Part shown: positions 11,040 through 24,400 of the stretch, piece after piece
Numbering within the stretch: position 1 is the stretch's first letter
How the letters are laid out: each line of letters opens with the position of its first letter
From: Macrostomum lignano
Lineage: Eukaryota
Direction of reading: 5' to 3'
Length of the DNA stretch: 64,000 bases
Assembly: GCA_002269645.1 (NCBI GenBank)
Contig: NIVC01001306.1
Location: 124,001 to 188,000 of the forward strand
Translations under genes and position numbers: made by a program
Notes under the pieces: model-generated
What the model saw: the letters and a program-made list of their open reading frames with translations, nothing else
Database searches by the model: none
What the model was told of the DNA's origin: nothing

Positions 11040-13155
11040 ATGGCCATTTTGTCAAATGGTGTTTCATCAACTCGGTTTACAGAGTGACCAAGTGTTGGGG
11101 CAACTTTATTGGTGGTTGAAAAAATGACCAATGCCTAGGTCCCTCCCATTTGCTTGTTGACAAAGTGACTAAAATTTTCATTATATGAATGATATAGATA
11201 TATAGCTGATACAGCTGCATATCTTATATATAGCTTATAATTATTGTTTTATCAATGACTTGTTTTATTAATTGCCCTATTTTTTTAAAATGAACAAATT
11301 TTGAATTTTTGCAATACTAGACTGCATGTCCATTAGGTTAAATGTTTCGATGCAAATATTCTATGCAAATGCATCATCCCATGCGCACTCATACCCATAT
11401 GCGTCTGGGCATTAATAAATCTTGAGTAGGCCCTTTTTGTGTTTATGCAACAATACATGCAACTACAAAACATGGTATTTCTCCTATCAAAACGCGTCAA
11501 GGATGCTAAAGTCCCCTATATATAGAGTCGTAAAAATTGGTGTACTGCATGTGCTTTCCCACCCCTTTACCTCGCTGTGCACAGCCAACCGAAGCCCCCG
11601 CAGTGAATCTTGATATCTGGTAATGCTCTGGATTGGAATATATAATTACACACTTTTCATGCGCACTCATCCATCAATCATGCCGTACATGTATAAGGTA
11701 TTTCACTCCTGTCATGCTTAACACTAAAATGTACAATGCACTATAACGTCTATAAGAAGGCACAAGCAGACATGAGCAGACAGACACAAAGGCACAGGCA
11801 GACGCGCAAACCGATTGGCAATATTGGGTGCAGTACCACAGCGGCGTGCTTTTGATTCATGCATTCCTGCTCATATAGCTGCACAAGACTTGGTCATGTT
11901 TTGTGAGCCCTGCACCATGAGCGAAAAATCTTTCAAGCCCCCAAAGGTACTGCTGACCCTGACAAGGTGGCCATCCCACCAGCCGTGGTGCAAGATATGG
12001 ATCAACATCTTTGGTGAACTTGATCACGGCACTGGCGCCCTAGTCAATTGGACCACTGAAGTCACTTAAGTGCAGTCCTTGAAATGAGTGCAGTACAGTT
12101 GCGCAATGTTTAAATTAGTTGAAAATTTGAGCATTTTCAAACTTTTGGCTACTCCAACACAATTAAATATTGGCCCTGGTTATGTCATAATGCCACAAAC
12201 TGATATAACAGCAGGAGTTTGGGTGCCCTTAGATTAGAAGAAATTATGTGCAATGTGCCCTCCTATCAAATAGCCCCCCACCCACTCTGAAATATGTTCC
12301 GACACTACTGGCTTGAGCTACAGTACATTTACATGTAGTCTGGGAAGTCCTGCAGTCTGTGAGGCCAGCTTAATGTATAGCTGACCACTTGAAGGCAGCA
12401 TTGTTCCAGGTGAGGCGGTGATTGAGACTGTCTTGCTGTACACTGTCAAGACCTGGATGCTGATGAAGTCGCTCAAGCAACAAGTTGATGCGGCACACAC
12501 TGGCCTGCTACGTGCCACCTTCAAGATTACCTATGCAAGTGACCAACGCGGCTTTTGTATCACTGCGCTGACTTGTTCTGTCCAAGCAACCTGCTGCACA
12601 GTCATACATGACCATATTCATGTATGTAATGGCTTGATTTTTAATGCTTTCTATATGTATGTTTTGCAAATAGAGGACCTAGCTACTTTAAGCATTATCT
12701 TTGGTCCGGGTACTCCTCAACTACATGTACTACTTCTTAATTAACTTCTGCATTCAAAATTTAATATATACTAATGTGTAACACAGGATGTCAACCCTGT
12801 CATGCTGCACACATTTCAAACACAAGTGCATTATATTTTGTTAGTACATGTACAAGTGTATAACAGAGATGCATCGATCAAAAGCTGGCAGATGTTGCAG
12901 AAGGATATGAATATTAATTAGCCTGTCGACTTAGTCATTTCAGGGTTCAGTTTTACTTTTTTTGTGGCTGCAGGGGGTAGTTTATTGGCAGTTGATGAAG
13001 TGACCAAATGTTGGAACACTTCCTGTTGGCCAGTTGACGAAGTGACCTAGGTTTGAGATCGCTTCATTGGCTAGTTGACAAAACAACCAGTGATAAAACC
13101 GAGTTGATGAAATGGTTAGTTGACAAAATTCTAGTTGACAAAATGACTAGGACCC
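11040..13155. mobile_element. Decayed DNA element with gttga(c/t)gaa(a/g)tgac subterminal repeats
   Basis: ttttgtcaaatggtgtttcatcaactcggttt (about 11047) is inverted relative to aaaccgagttgatgaaatggttagttgacaaaa (about 13096); motif clusters at both ends. Confidence 0.5.
12405..12560 (+). mobile_element. RTE-clade LINE ORF2 C-terminal fragment (degenerate)
   Basis: IETVLLYTVKTWMLMKSLKQQVDAAHTGLLRATFKITY resembles the post-RT motif of RTE elements (xSVLLYGxETWxLTKxLExRLDxxxTRMLR). Confidence 0.6.
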
Positions 13156-13499
13156 TTTTTTCCTATATCTCAAATACTCTAAAAACTGAGCCATTTTTGG
13201 GCAAAAAAGCATGTTTTTTCAGTAAAATGTTTGTAACTTTTTATTTCATAACCAATTTTAGTGTTTTAGGTGTTATTTTTTAGATTTTTGTTGCCATAAC
13301 ATTTTCTGATATTTTTGTACATATATACTATTCTATATATGCAGATATCTGGGGATTAAGACAAAAAAGGGAAGAAAATTTTTTGCTAGAGTACTGTTTT
13401 TTGGCTTTATCATGTTATACTTTCCATTAACCTTAATTTGTATTACTTTCATGTCAAAGTAATACTTGTATACTATAATTAGTCAGATTTTTGACTTCC

Positions 13500-15800
13500 T
13501 ACTGTAAGTTGTATATAAATAGTTGACTATTATTTCCACGAAAATATGTTTTCCAAAGTACCACTCTGGATGTCTAAAAATCAATGTAGCTCCTGTCAAT
13601 TGTAATCTTCTATCTTCATGCTGGAGTCATTCAAAAGCTTTTTGTAGTCCTCTGATAATTGTAATGAATTGATGCTTTACTAAATAATGTTACTAAATCA
13701 TTTACTTTCATGTTTGAAAAGGACATGCCCGAATTTAGCAATTGAATCTACCTTTACAGTTTACTTGCATCATTTGATTCATTTACTTGTTCACTATGTC
13801 CACTTTTCAGCACAATAGCTTTTCGTGGTAATCCAGTCAATTTTTCTGCTACCAATTCATCTGCAGTCAGCTCGTCAGCAAATATCTGAATGAGCATTTT
13901 GTCTGCTATGCTGGCCAGGCCTTCTCATTGTACTATGAGTCTACTACAGTACTACAACTAGCTATTACAGTCAAGCCAGTCAGGCATGATCGAGACAATG
14001 TTACAGGGTGAGTTGACATGAATGTAGGTTGCACCATCAGCAGTGTCCGGGGTGTCGGCTGCATCAGCCAGCAGGCAGTCAAGAAAATGCGAGTGTGTGC
14101 CTTTTGCCCTTTTTTCTCCAGTATTACGGTGTCTGCAGTGTCAGCAGCAACTGCACAGCTGCGGGCGGTATGAATCAGCTTGGATGACATGGCCTGGCAG
14201 CTGGAGACTGGAGTTGCCAATTGTGCAACAGTTTGCTGGGACAGGACCAGTTCGGCGATAGAGTGGCGCATTGGTGACTCGCTTGTAGCCAATCTAACAA
14301 TCTTAAGGGCAATACACAGTGTGATTACATTGTGTATGTACATGTACATGTATGAGAGTATGACAGTCAATTCGTCTGCTCCCGTTTTCATCCCCATCCA
14401 CTTTATCTGCAAGTAGCCGAATTGACTGAGAACCTTTTTAGTTAGCTCAGCTTTACTCAGCTGGTACATTTTAGTGCTTTAATATTTTTAATTAGCTTGG
14501 CAGAATGGCTTAGTCTGCCTGCCGACACTGAACTAGACGTACTTTGTAACCTGTGGGAGGCAGTAACAAAAGTGAAGTAGGTGTGGGACCTGTAGAGGTC
14601 AAAGATGCACAAGGAAGCTGCTGGCCAGGCACTTGTCTTTCCTGCAGTGGTCCCAGTTGCAACTGTGCCAGAGTCGACTTCCAGCACGCCAGTTTGCCAA
14701 CCTTTGCTGCTGCTGTTGCCTGGTCCCCTTTAGAGAAGAGGGGCACTAATGCAGGCCTTCTAGAAGCTGTGTGCAATCTTCAGGCCCAGTTGAAATGATC
14801 AGAGGTGACTGTGTAGAAAGCTGCACCATGAGCTTGTCAGGCACTTATAGCAGATAATGTATAGTATAGTTGCAGCATGTCTGGCATCTGAAAGATCTGC
14901 AAATAAAAGATGGATTAGTGAGAAATGCATAAAAGATAAAGTATATCATAAGTCCTGCTATCCATTTTTGAAAAAAAATGCATATATGACTTCTTTTCGA
15001 ATTTACAACTGAAGTGATACATTTTGGCTCAAGAAAGTTCCCATCCAGATTGAATGTATTTTAACCAATGAATGCGCTCCAAATAGCAAAAGCTGAGGGC
15101 ACGACCCCAACCTCAACCAATGAAAAACAGTTATGTACCATCCAATGCGATTAAGACTGAAAAGTACTATAAAAGCTCATGTTAACCAAGCAAGAAGCTC
15201 GCCCTTTTCCTCGCTCCGCCTCTCTTCGCTCTTGCCTCTCCTTCGCCATTCTCCTAGCTTACCTCGTTTGACTATTTTTGATTGACATAGTTAGGGTCTT
15301 AACCCAAACACCAAAACTGATAAATTGACTTACTAAAGCTAAACCAACACCCAATCCACGTTTTACAATAGACTGAACCTTTGGTTCACCCGAACAACTA
15401 GAAACACCTTGTGACTTAAATCGAACGAGCTTCTTATTTGGAATTCTACCTTAGACATTATATTTTGTGAGATAACATCTCGAGATTGTGACCATCAAAT
15501 ACAACGGTCTGTAAGTTACCATCAAGTGTTTGCATCATCAGGAAAAGTCAGTTGAATCCGCTGCCTCAGTTATTTGGCTCTCACATTGATTTTTGAAGTA
15601 GAACAAGAGCCATAGAAGTGAGAGACCAGAAGAAGAACGATAACCCATATAATCATAAAATATTTCACAACCCCTAAATGTGCATTTTCCTATCTCTGTA
15701 GTATATTTGCATGTACATGTGTGCCAACTATGCTTAATAACTTTGGTGCAGAAAAAGTGATCAGGATGTGCCTTTAGGATAAAGAGCTTGGCCTGTTTTG
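13500..15800 (-). pseudogene. Heavily decayed coding relic, probably a transposase gene
   Basis: A Cys/His-rich frame on the minus strand (CNHTVYCP*DC*, CSCC*HRRH) is broken by TAA/TAG/TGA stops explicable as C to T changes. Acceptor-like ttttatttgcag near 14900. Family not identifiable. Confidence 0.35.
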
Positions 15801-17299
15801 CTATCATTTTATCAAAGAAACTAACTGGCCATTCTTTTGAGCTTCAAAAATTTCCCAATTTTTATGTCCCTTATGGGGATTTGCATGCATTTTAATGATT
15901 TCTGTTAAGCATACTGCGGCAAGAGTTACACTCATCCTGTCTTGCCTAAAAGTTTTAAAAGTCACTAAAAGTAAGTAGCAAAAAGAATTAGGGTGGCCAC
16001 TCTTTCCATTCAAAAGTTATGGCCATTTTAAATTTTACGTGTACATGTACATAAAAAAATATAAAATATGTACATGTACATATTTTGAACAAAAAAGTTT
16101 GCTTAAAATGACCTGTGGGAAGTTACCTACACCCAATGTGCAAGCATTCTTAGCAGTTATGCACTCTTTTACTAAAAAAATCCTCCCAACCCCATATTTT
16201 CAAGCAAATTTGGCACAGTTCTGAAAATGTACACAATGTTTGACAGTCTGCATCTTTGTAATTGTATGTCCTAAACATGTAAACTATATGTGGTTTAAAA
16301 GATCTATTTGTCTATTTTTCAATGAATTTAAGATCATAGCCATATCTTACATATTAAAAAAGTTATAGCCATTTAAAGAAGACCACTTTTTCACGTTTTT
16401 TTTCTTTTTTGTGCACATGCTAAAAATAGGCTCACTGGACACCCTAACTACAGTATTAGGCCTATACCATTCATCATTCTACTATTTTTGTTTTTGTGCC
16501 TATCACCATGCATTCAAGAGCATATAGGCCTATGGTAACTAGGTATAGGCCCCCTACCACATAATCCTAGTTTCCCACATTAAATTATTTTGAATTTAAA
16601 AATCTACTCAATAAGTTCAATCAAGTTAGTCATTTTTCATTTCATTACATGTTCTAGAACTTTGCCTTGGCATGCGCATGCACCTAAGTCCCTTCAATAG
16701 TATTTGTATGCAAAGTTCCTAGTTTCCAACTAGTTTTGAGTTGCTCATTATTATGCCATTTTGTGAGCTCAGTGGAATATTGACTACTATGGACTAACTT
16801 GTTTTAACTTATTGAATTTATTAATTTAAGTAAAATACTTTAAAAAAATTAAAATAATTTAACTTGAGAAACTAGGAATAAGATTATCCCACTAACTAAG
16901 CTATAAGTATACTCAATACTCAAAAACAAGTTGCCACCTTTAAGAGTATGCAGTAAATTATAGGCCTAGCTTAGTATTGAATTTTAAGTGATGTAACTTA
17001 TATTATGCAACATAGAGTCAAAGTAACAAAGTAAAAGCTATTATATTTCTAGAGTATTTTGTTGATTTTTAAATACTATTTTGATACAAATGATTATAGT
17101 TTTTTATTATCCAAATGAAAGCTAGATAATTATTTTACGTTTTTCTTTGTAATAAAATAATTTTTATTGATAAGATATTGTAATGCTAAATGATTTTATT
17201 TATTGGTATTACTATTGATTTATAATCATAGTATTTCCTATAGTTGGATAGTGCTTTGGCACATGCATTTATTGTCTTTGCTAGATATAGACTATGCTG

Positions 17300-18240
17300 G
17301 CATATTTTGGCATAGCATCTTGCAAAAATACATATATGCTTTTTTCTAGTTTGAGAAATACCTTTTCTCCTTTTTTTGCTCTCCTTGTTCTCCTTGATCC
17401 AGGCTCTTTTTATTTGTTTGATCTTATCTTTCCATTGTTGCTATTGCTATAAAAGTATTGCTACTAGTTTTGTAGAATTCTGTAAGCACAGCTTCAATGT
17501 GTTTATCTATCTCTTTCTAGTTTTCTGTCTCCACCCTTTTCCTTTTTGATCTTGTCCCTTTCTTCTATTGTAAATCTAACATTGTAAATGATGATCTATT
17601 GCTAGTTGTTGTCTAAAGTAGAATGCCAATGTCTTGGTATATAGCTTTGATGGTGATCATGCACAAGTTGGCAGTCTTCTTTGTATTCAGTTGTTGTTCC
17701 TAGCTGGTCCTCTGCCTCTAGCCTTGGGCAGGGTGTTCTCAGCTAGCTGGCAGAATTGATCTTAGTCTGCCGGCGGAATCGGTCCTAGTCTGCCATTTTC
17801 CTGTTCTGGCTGATTGCTGCAGCCTCATAGTACTTGTTTTCTTGGTTTATGCCTTCTAGATGTAGCTGCAGGATTCTGGGATGGGCTTGTGGTCGGGGCT
17901 TATTGATGCTTTTCAGGTTTAGAGGCATTCCATTTGATCTGATACCAAGGTGATGTTGGATGCTGAGCTGAGGCTGAGGCCCAGTTGTGGCTTGTGCAAG
18001 TTGCCAAGCCATCAATTAACTCCTTCAGCTGCTCCAGTCTAGCCAGTCCACGACTTGCTGTCTTCTGGCAGTGGTTATCTCTTGAGATAGAGACATTCGT
18101 GGGCGACTTGGTCAAAGGGACCCTGTCGGATGAAAGTGAGCAGGTCGCCTCCTCAGACCATCTGGTGCTGTCTGTCTGCTCCTACAGCGTTTCATTCTTA
18201 GTAGGGAGAAACCTGATTGTTTCCGATTCCTTCACTCTAT
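17300..18240 (-). pseudogene. Decayed coding relic (retroelement ORF1/gag-like, unassigned)
   Basis: Long minus-strand frame through ORF 17900-18115, extendable both ways past isolated stops; Lys/Glu-rich downstream part. Confidence 0.3.
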
Positions 18241-18464
18241 AGTAATCACATTTCTATTGGAGCACCATTAGGGCAGCCTTAGTATTCTGCTGTTTTTCCG
18301 TAAGTTTTCTTAGTATAGTTTAAGTTTAATGTGTTCTCTTATGAGTTGGAGGTTAAACAGAAGGGTTTAAGGTCGCGAGTACAGTCTTGAAAAATTAACT
18401 GAACTACTGAACAGTAAAACATTAGTCTGCTTATTACACACGTTCAATTGATGTAATAAAAATA

Positions 18465-20315
18465 ATGCCGCACGTTGAGCAGGACATTAAGCTAGACTTC
18501 AAGGACGTTCTAATCCGGCCAAAACGAAGCACTTTAAAGTCTCGCTCAGAGGTTGACCTATGCCGCGAGTATGTATTTAGAAACAGTGGCGCAAAGTACT
18601 ACGGCGTGCCAATTATGACGGCGAACATGGACACTACTGGTACGTTTGAAATGGCACGCGCATTGGCCAAGCACGCAATGTTTACGGCGGTGCACAAGCA
18701 CTATTCAGCCCAGGAATGGCAGTCGTTTGCAGCCAATTCCGATCCGGAAGTGTTGGAGCACTGCGCCGTGTCTGCCGGCACTGGCGATTTAGAACGACTC
18801 GTCCAGATTCTCAAAGCTGTTCCGCAGCTGCGCTTCATCTGTCTAGACGTTGCTAACGGCTATTCGGAGAATTTCGTAGCTTTTGTGCGCAAAGTGCGCG
18901 ACCTGTTTCCTGAGCACACCATACTCGCTGGCAATGTGGTCACTGGCGAGATGGTTGAGCAGCTCATTCTATCTGGTAAATGATTATATAGTCTTATTTG
19001 GCTTTGTTCTACAGAATAGATATCAGGCTTCAATGAGACTAGATATCAGGCTCCTATGAGACTAGACATCAGAACGCGATGAGACTAGATATCAGGCTAC
19101 TATGAGACTAGACATCAGAACGCGATGAGACTAGATATCAGGCTCCTATGAGACTAGACATCAGAACGCGATGAGACTAGATATCAGGCTCCTATGAGAC
19201 TAGATATCAGGCTTCAATGATACTAGATATCAGGCTCCTATGAGACTAGACATCAGAACGCGATGAGACTAGATATTAGACTACGATGAGACTAGATATC
19301 AGGATCCTATGAGACTAGATATCAGGCTTCGATGAGACTAGATATCAGGCTTCGATAAAATTAGATATCAGACTTCGATAAAACTAGTTATCAGGCTATA
19401 ATCAGAATAGATATCAGGCTTCAATGAGAATAGATATCAGGTTAGGATGTGAATATATAGCAGAATTCGATGAGATGCGATTAGATATCAGGCTTCGATA
19501 AGAATAGATATCAGATTAGGATGTGAATATATACTCGTATATCAGAATTTCATGAGATAAGACTAGATATCTGGCTTTAATGAGACTAGATATCAGACTT
19601 TGATGGGACTAGACATCAGGCTACATTGACTCTGCATAAGAGGCTGTAAAGAGACCAGATATATGTATTTTTATTCTTTATGTTGATAATTTCACATTGC
19701 AACTCCACTTAAGCCCCAATTGGGGACATCGAAATTGCGGACCCTTCACAAAATCCTTCCCCCGCCCCCGCAGGCGCCGACGTGATCAAGGTTGGCATCG
19801 GGCCGGGCAGCGTGTGCACCACCCGAAAAAAGACCGGCGTCGGCTATCCGCAACTGTCCGCTGTGCTCGAGTGCGCCGACGCTGCTCACGGCCTCGGCGG
19901 CCACATCATCTCGGACGGCGGCTGCGTCAATCCCGGCGACGTTGCCAAAGCGTTCGGCGCCGGAGCCGATTTCGTTATGGCCGGCGGACTGTTCGCCGGA
20001 CACGACGAATCGGCCGGCGAAGTTATCGAACGGAACGGTAAAAAGTACAAATTGTTCTACGGTATGAGCTCGCGCACAGCTATGGACAGACACGCTGGCG
20101 GAGTGGCCGAGTACCGGGCCTCGGAGGGCAAGACTATCGAGATACCGTATCGCGGGCCGGTTGAGCGAACCGTGTTAGACATTCTTGGCGGAGTGCGCAG
20201 CGCCTGCACCTACGTTGGCGCCTCTAAGCTCAAGGAGCTGTCCCGCCGGACCACTTTTATTCGGGTCAGCATGCAGACTAACGAAGTGTTCGCCGCGCAT
20301 AATAAGGACGACTGA
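18465..20315 (+). CDS. GMPR: GMP reductase (350 aa; 2 exons: 18465-18975, 19774-20315)
   Basis: [33 protein letters not shown]-terminus; catalytic loop [27 protein letters not shown]; SDGG and [11 protein letters not shown] motifs. Phase-1 GT-AG intron joins to [10 protein letters not shown]; 1053 nt total. Confidence 0.97.
19015..19620 (+). repeat. About 23-bp intronic minisatellite (atgagactagatatcaggc...) with 46-bp dimer variant
   Basis: Period 23 at 19033/19056; alternating ctcct/aacgcg variants; fills most of the GMPR intron. Confidence 0.9.
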
Positions 20316-20896
20316 ATAGAATAATAAAATTGACATCTTATTCGTGGATTTATCACTCGATACTACTAACATCTTAAGATCAATAGTAGTAGAAGTTACC
20401 AAGTTTTCAAATTTTAGCAATGATGAGGCATGTGCTGGCTCTGCCAGGTAAACTCTGAGGCGATTAATAAATATTGTTTCAGTATTTTGCGCGTATGTTG
20501 TCTTAACGTTTCTACCCCAACCATTTTTCCCAACTTCTACCAGCTTTGAATCGATTGGATTATGTTGCGTTTTAGTTCCGTTGAAATTATAATACATTAA
20601 TGCAATGCATTCAACGAAAATCAGCTGAACCGATCTATCAGCGTTCTTATTTTTTTGTGCTTTTCTGTCAATTCAGTCTCGATTTTGCAATTGAACAAAC
20701 CCAATCCCAAGCTTGATGTGTAACCTATTTGTCCTTTAATTTCGTGCGACACAATATATCAAACTAAAAGAAATTAATTCTTTTTGTTGCTTTTAACTTT
20801 TGTTGTGATTTTAAAAAGTTAAATTGTGGTTTAGCATTGACTTCTGACCTACTTTGCCAATAAACCGTCTGTGGCGTCTTTGTTCTTTATTTATTT

Positions 20897-21345
20897 GTCT
20901 CATTTCCCTAGCAACTATTAGTTTATCATTGATCTCATTTCCCTAGCAACTATTAGTTTATCATTGATCTCTTTTCCCTAGCAACTGTTAGTTTATCATT
21001 GATCTCTTTTCCCTAGCAATTGTTAGTTTATCATTGATCTCATTTCCCTAGCAACTGTTAGTTTATCATTGATCTCTTTTCCCTAGCAACTGTTAGTTTA
21101 TCATTGATCTCTTTTCCCTAGCAACTGTTAGTTTATCATTGATCTCTTTTCCCTAGCAACTGTTAGTTTATCATCGATCTCTTTTCCCTAGCAATTGTTA
21201 GTTTATCATTGATCTCATTTCCCTAGCAACTGTTAGTTTATCATTGATCTCTTTTCCCTAGCAACTGTTAGTTTATCATTGTCTCATTTCCCTAGCAACT
21301 GTTAGTTTATCATTGATCTCTTTTCCCTAGCAACTGAGAGTTTAT
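20897..21345 (+). repeat. 35-bp minisatellite (tttccctagcaactgttagtttatcattgatctc), about 12-13 copies
   Basis: Period 35 at 20941/20976; ends about 85 bp upstream of the acceptor-like site preceding EXTL3. Confidence 0.92.
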
Positions 21346-21467
21346 CATTTTCTCCTTGAAGATCACACCGTTTGCCAGTCAGAAATTCTCCCCAACGCCT
21401 TAATGAAGCGCAAACCCTGCTGATTTCAGAACGCATCTCGTTACTGCACAGGCATTTATTATTTGAA

Positions 21468-24400
21468 ATGCGTTGCTGGCGCAAGTTCGGCTGTCTGCTC
21501 TCTCTAGCCGGTTTGCTGGCTGCTCTGTGCGCCCTCACCGTCTGGCTGGGCGACTGCAGCAGCCGGTGCGCCGCTCAGCCGGTCTCCAGCAGCTCCACAG
21601 CGTCACCAACAACGCCGCCGCCTCTGTCTGGCCGGGCGCTGCGGTTGCACCGTCGGAATTGCGCCGACTCGCTAGCCGCCCTAGCCGATCTTCGCCGGGT
21701 GAAGGCGTCGGTCAGGCAGGAGCTGGTCCGGATGGAGCGCGAGCGGACCAAGATAATGCAACAGATTCGGGCAAGCCGAATCGAGCTAGCTAATCTGATG
21801 CGAAATCAGCGCAAGATTAGCGCCGATACGGAGATAGCGCGATCGGATTTGGCCGCCTTGCAAATCCGTTTAGCCGAGGCTGATCAAAGAAATCTGCCGG
21901 TCCTGCGGCTGCCGTTGAATATCTCGACTCTGAAGTCGGCTTCTGCGGTGGACAAGGCTAGCGAAGGCAACTGCGGCCTAGTTGACTGCTTCGACTATGC
22001 CCGGTGCGGGCTGGCCGACCAGCGGCCGAGATTCGCGCTGCTGTACTCGGCCACAGACTCGCTGACTGATGCTGCCAGACTGTTGAACTCCAGTCGGCGC
22101 CTCCTGCCTGATAGCATGTCAACAAATGTTGCTGTTCGCGACTCCTGCCTGGTGCTAGCTGACGTCGGGTCTTCATCGAAGTCGACGCTGTCGGCTGTTC
22201 CTGCTGCGACCAATCTGGTTGCTATGCTGTTGTTGCCGGCGTCGGCTGCTAGCGAGCGGCTGAGGCGCGGTCTGATAGCGGAGCGGCCTCGGGCTGTTGT
22301 GGCCTCGCGCTACCAACCGTCCGGGAGCTACCGGCCCGGCTGGGACATTGTCATGCCGGCTAAGGCGCCGTTCCGATCGGCCAGCGACCTCTGGGCCGCT
22401 CTGCCGCCATTGGTGCCAGCGCGAAGGCCGCGCCTATTAGCGGCGCCGCTTTTGCCCGGCGCCAATTCCAGCTGGTGGCGCCAGATTAGCGATGTCGATC
22501 GTTTAGTGCTAGACGAGCTTCAACGACTCTGTCGTAGCGACGTTGTCGACAACTTGACGTCCAAATTGGAGCTGCCCGCCCTGGCTGGCGCCACCTTCTG
22601 TCCGATTCTGGCGCCGGCCGGGGCACCGCTATCCACGCTGGGAGGTCAGCGGCGCCTACTGGACTGCCTGTTGGCCGGCTCAGTGCCGCTAATCCTCGGC
22701 GACATGCTGCCACCGTTCGGTGACCTACTAGAGCCGCTGTGGCGTAGAGCCATTGTCCGCCTGCCGAGGTCCCGATCTAGCGAGCTGGCCTGGCTGCTGG
22801 CCACGTACAGCGACGCCACGCTGTTGGAGTTGCGCCGACACGGCCGCCTGCTGCTCGAACGGCATCTGGGCACCTGGCGAGCCCAGGCTGCTACTCTGCT
22901 CACCCTGCTCAATAGGCGGCTGGGCTTGCCGGGTCCCGCAGCCGTGGGGCCTACAGGCTCCAGCGCCCTGCTGCCCGGGCATTCCCGCCTGCTCATGGGC
23001 CGCGTGCCCAGCCACTTCGACGAGACGCAGGACTACCTGGGCGCGGTGGAGCCGCCTCTGGACTCCGTGCTGTTTCAGGTGAGCCATCCTCTATAGCTGT
23101 CTCATAGCTTACCTGGTTGAGGCTGAAGAGATAGGGGAAGACGCGGGTTCGATTCCGTGCGCGGCCGCATTCATTGGCTTGGAGGTTGTGTGGTTCCACC
23201 CATGAAGGCCAACCCCGAAGGCACAGAGAGTGTACATGCCTGACGATCAAGAAAGTCAGGTCGCTGTACACCCTGTGTGAGCGTGTGCATGAGTGCGTGT
23301 CTGCGTACAGCATTGGTGCGCAGGAGTCTGCGGAAAGGACAGAATTGCTGTCAGCGCTTAATAAAACTTGTCTTCTCATTACCTAAACTCTTCCGCCTTA
23401 ATCCCTGAGCAGCACAACTACACAGCCCCGGCGCCAATCAGCCAGCTGCCGAACCCGCTGCTCAACTATCCAAGCCTGCCGGGCCATCCGCCGCCGCCGC
23501 CAACCGACGCCCAATTCAACGGTTCCGCCTACGGCTATCGCCCCATCAATCATTCTATGGGCACTGGTGGAGTCGAATTTAGCCGGGCGGCGGGCGGCAA
23601 CCTGCCAGCCGAGCAGTTCACGGCGGTTGTGCTCAGCTATAATCGCGAGTCAGTGCTGGTTGGCTCCCTGTCTAAACTGGCCGGCCTGCCCTACCTGCAC
23701 TCGGTGCTGGTGGTGTGGAATGGCGAGCGGCCGCCCAACCCCAGCACCGTCTGGCCGGATCTGGGCGGCGTGCCGCTGCATTTTATTCGCGGGCCTGGTG
23801 AGACTGAATGAGGGCGGGCCAGCCTCTTAGATCCTCAGGTGCTGGGCCAGCCTCCCAGATCCTCAGTTGCTGGGCCAGCCTCTTAGATCCTCAGGTGCTG
23901 GGCCAGCCTCCCAGATCCTCAGTTGCTGGGCCAGCCTCTTAGATCCTCAGTTGCTGGGCCAGCCTCCCAGAGTGTCAGTTGCTGGGCCAGCCTCTTAGAT
24001 CCTCAGTTGCTGGGCCAGCCTCCCAGAGTGTCAGTTGCTGGGCCAGCCTCTTAGATCCTCAGGTGCTGGGCCAGCCTCCCAGAGTGTCAGTTGCTGGGCC
24101 AGCCTCTTAGATCCTCAGTTGCTGGGCCAACCCACCCCCAGAGACTCAGAGCAAACCCCACTCGAATACTCTTGCGTGGATTTAAAGTCCTGACCAGTTT
24201 TGCTGCAACCCCCTCCGCACACTGCAGGCAACTCGCTCAACAACCGGTTCCTGCCGTGGTCCCAGATTCGCACCGAAGCTGTGCTGAGCCTTGACGATGA
24301 CGTGTACATGCGCCAGGACGAGCTGGTGCTGGCCTTCCGAGTCTGGCGCGAGCACCGTGATCGCATCGTCGGCTTCCCGGCCAGATTCCACGCCCGATCG

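Noticed and set aside
6901-16455. Single 9.5-kb Tc1/mariner-like element bounding the whole nest
   Set aside because: Only an imperfect inverted match of about 20 bp; internal subterminal motifs are in direct, not inverted, orientation.
18465-20315. Horizontal transfer of GMPR from bacteria
   Set aside because: Animal GMPR is natively similar to E. coli GuaC; the gene has a spliceosomal intron and host-like codon use.
20175-20597. 140-aa minus-strand ORF
   Set aside because: Antisense to the GMPR end and 3' UTR; no homology features.
21372-21467. N-terminal extension of EXTL3 in the ORF track
   Set aside because: Non-ATG start; an acceptor-like site at 21429 and the ATG at 21468 directly preceding the membrane anchor fit better.
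23225-23265. Hammerhead ribozyme in the SINE core (CTGACGA..GAAA GTC)
   Set aside because: No stem II or III between the motifs and no stem I pairing; CTGAC/GTCAG simply form the hairpin.
21473-23379. Multiple overlapping shadow ORFs within EXTL3, and similar ones in GMPR, CFAP206 and DNAI1 exons
   Set aside because: Expected by-product of GC-rich codon usage in alternative frames.
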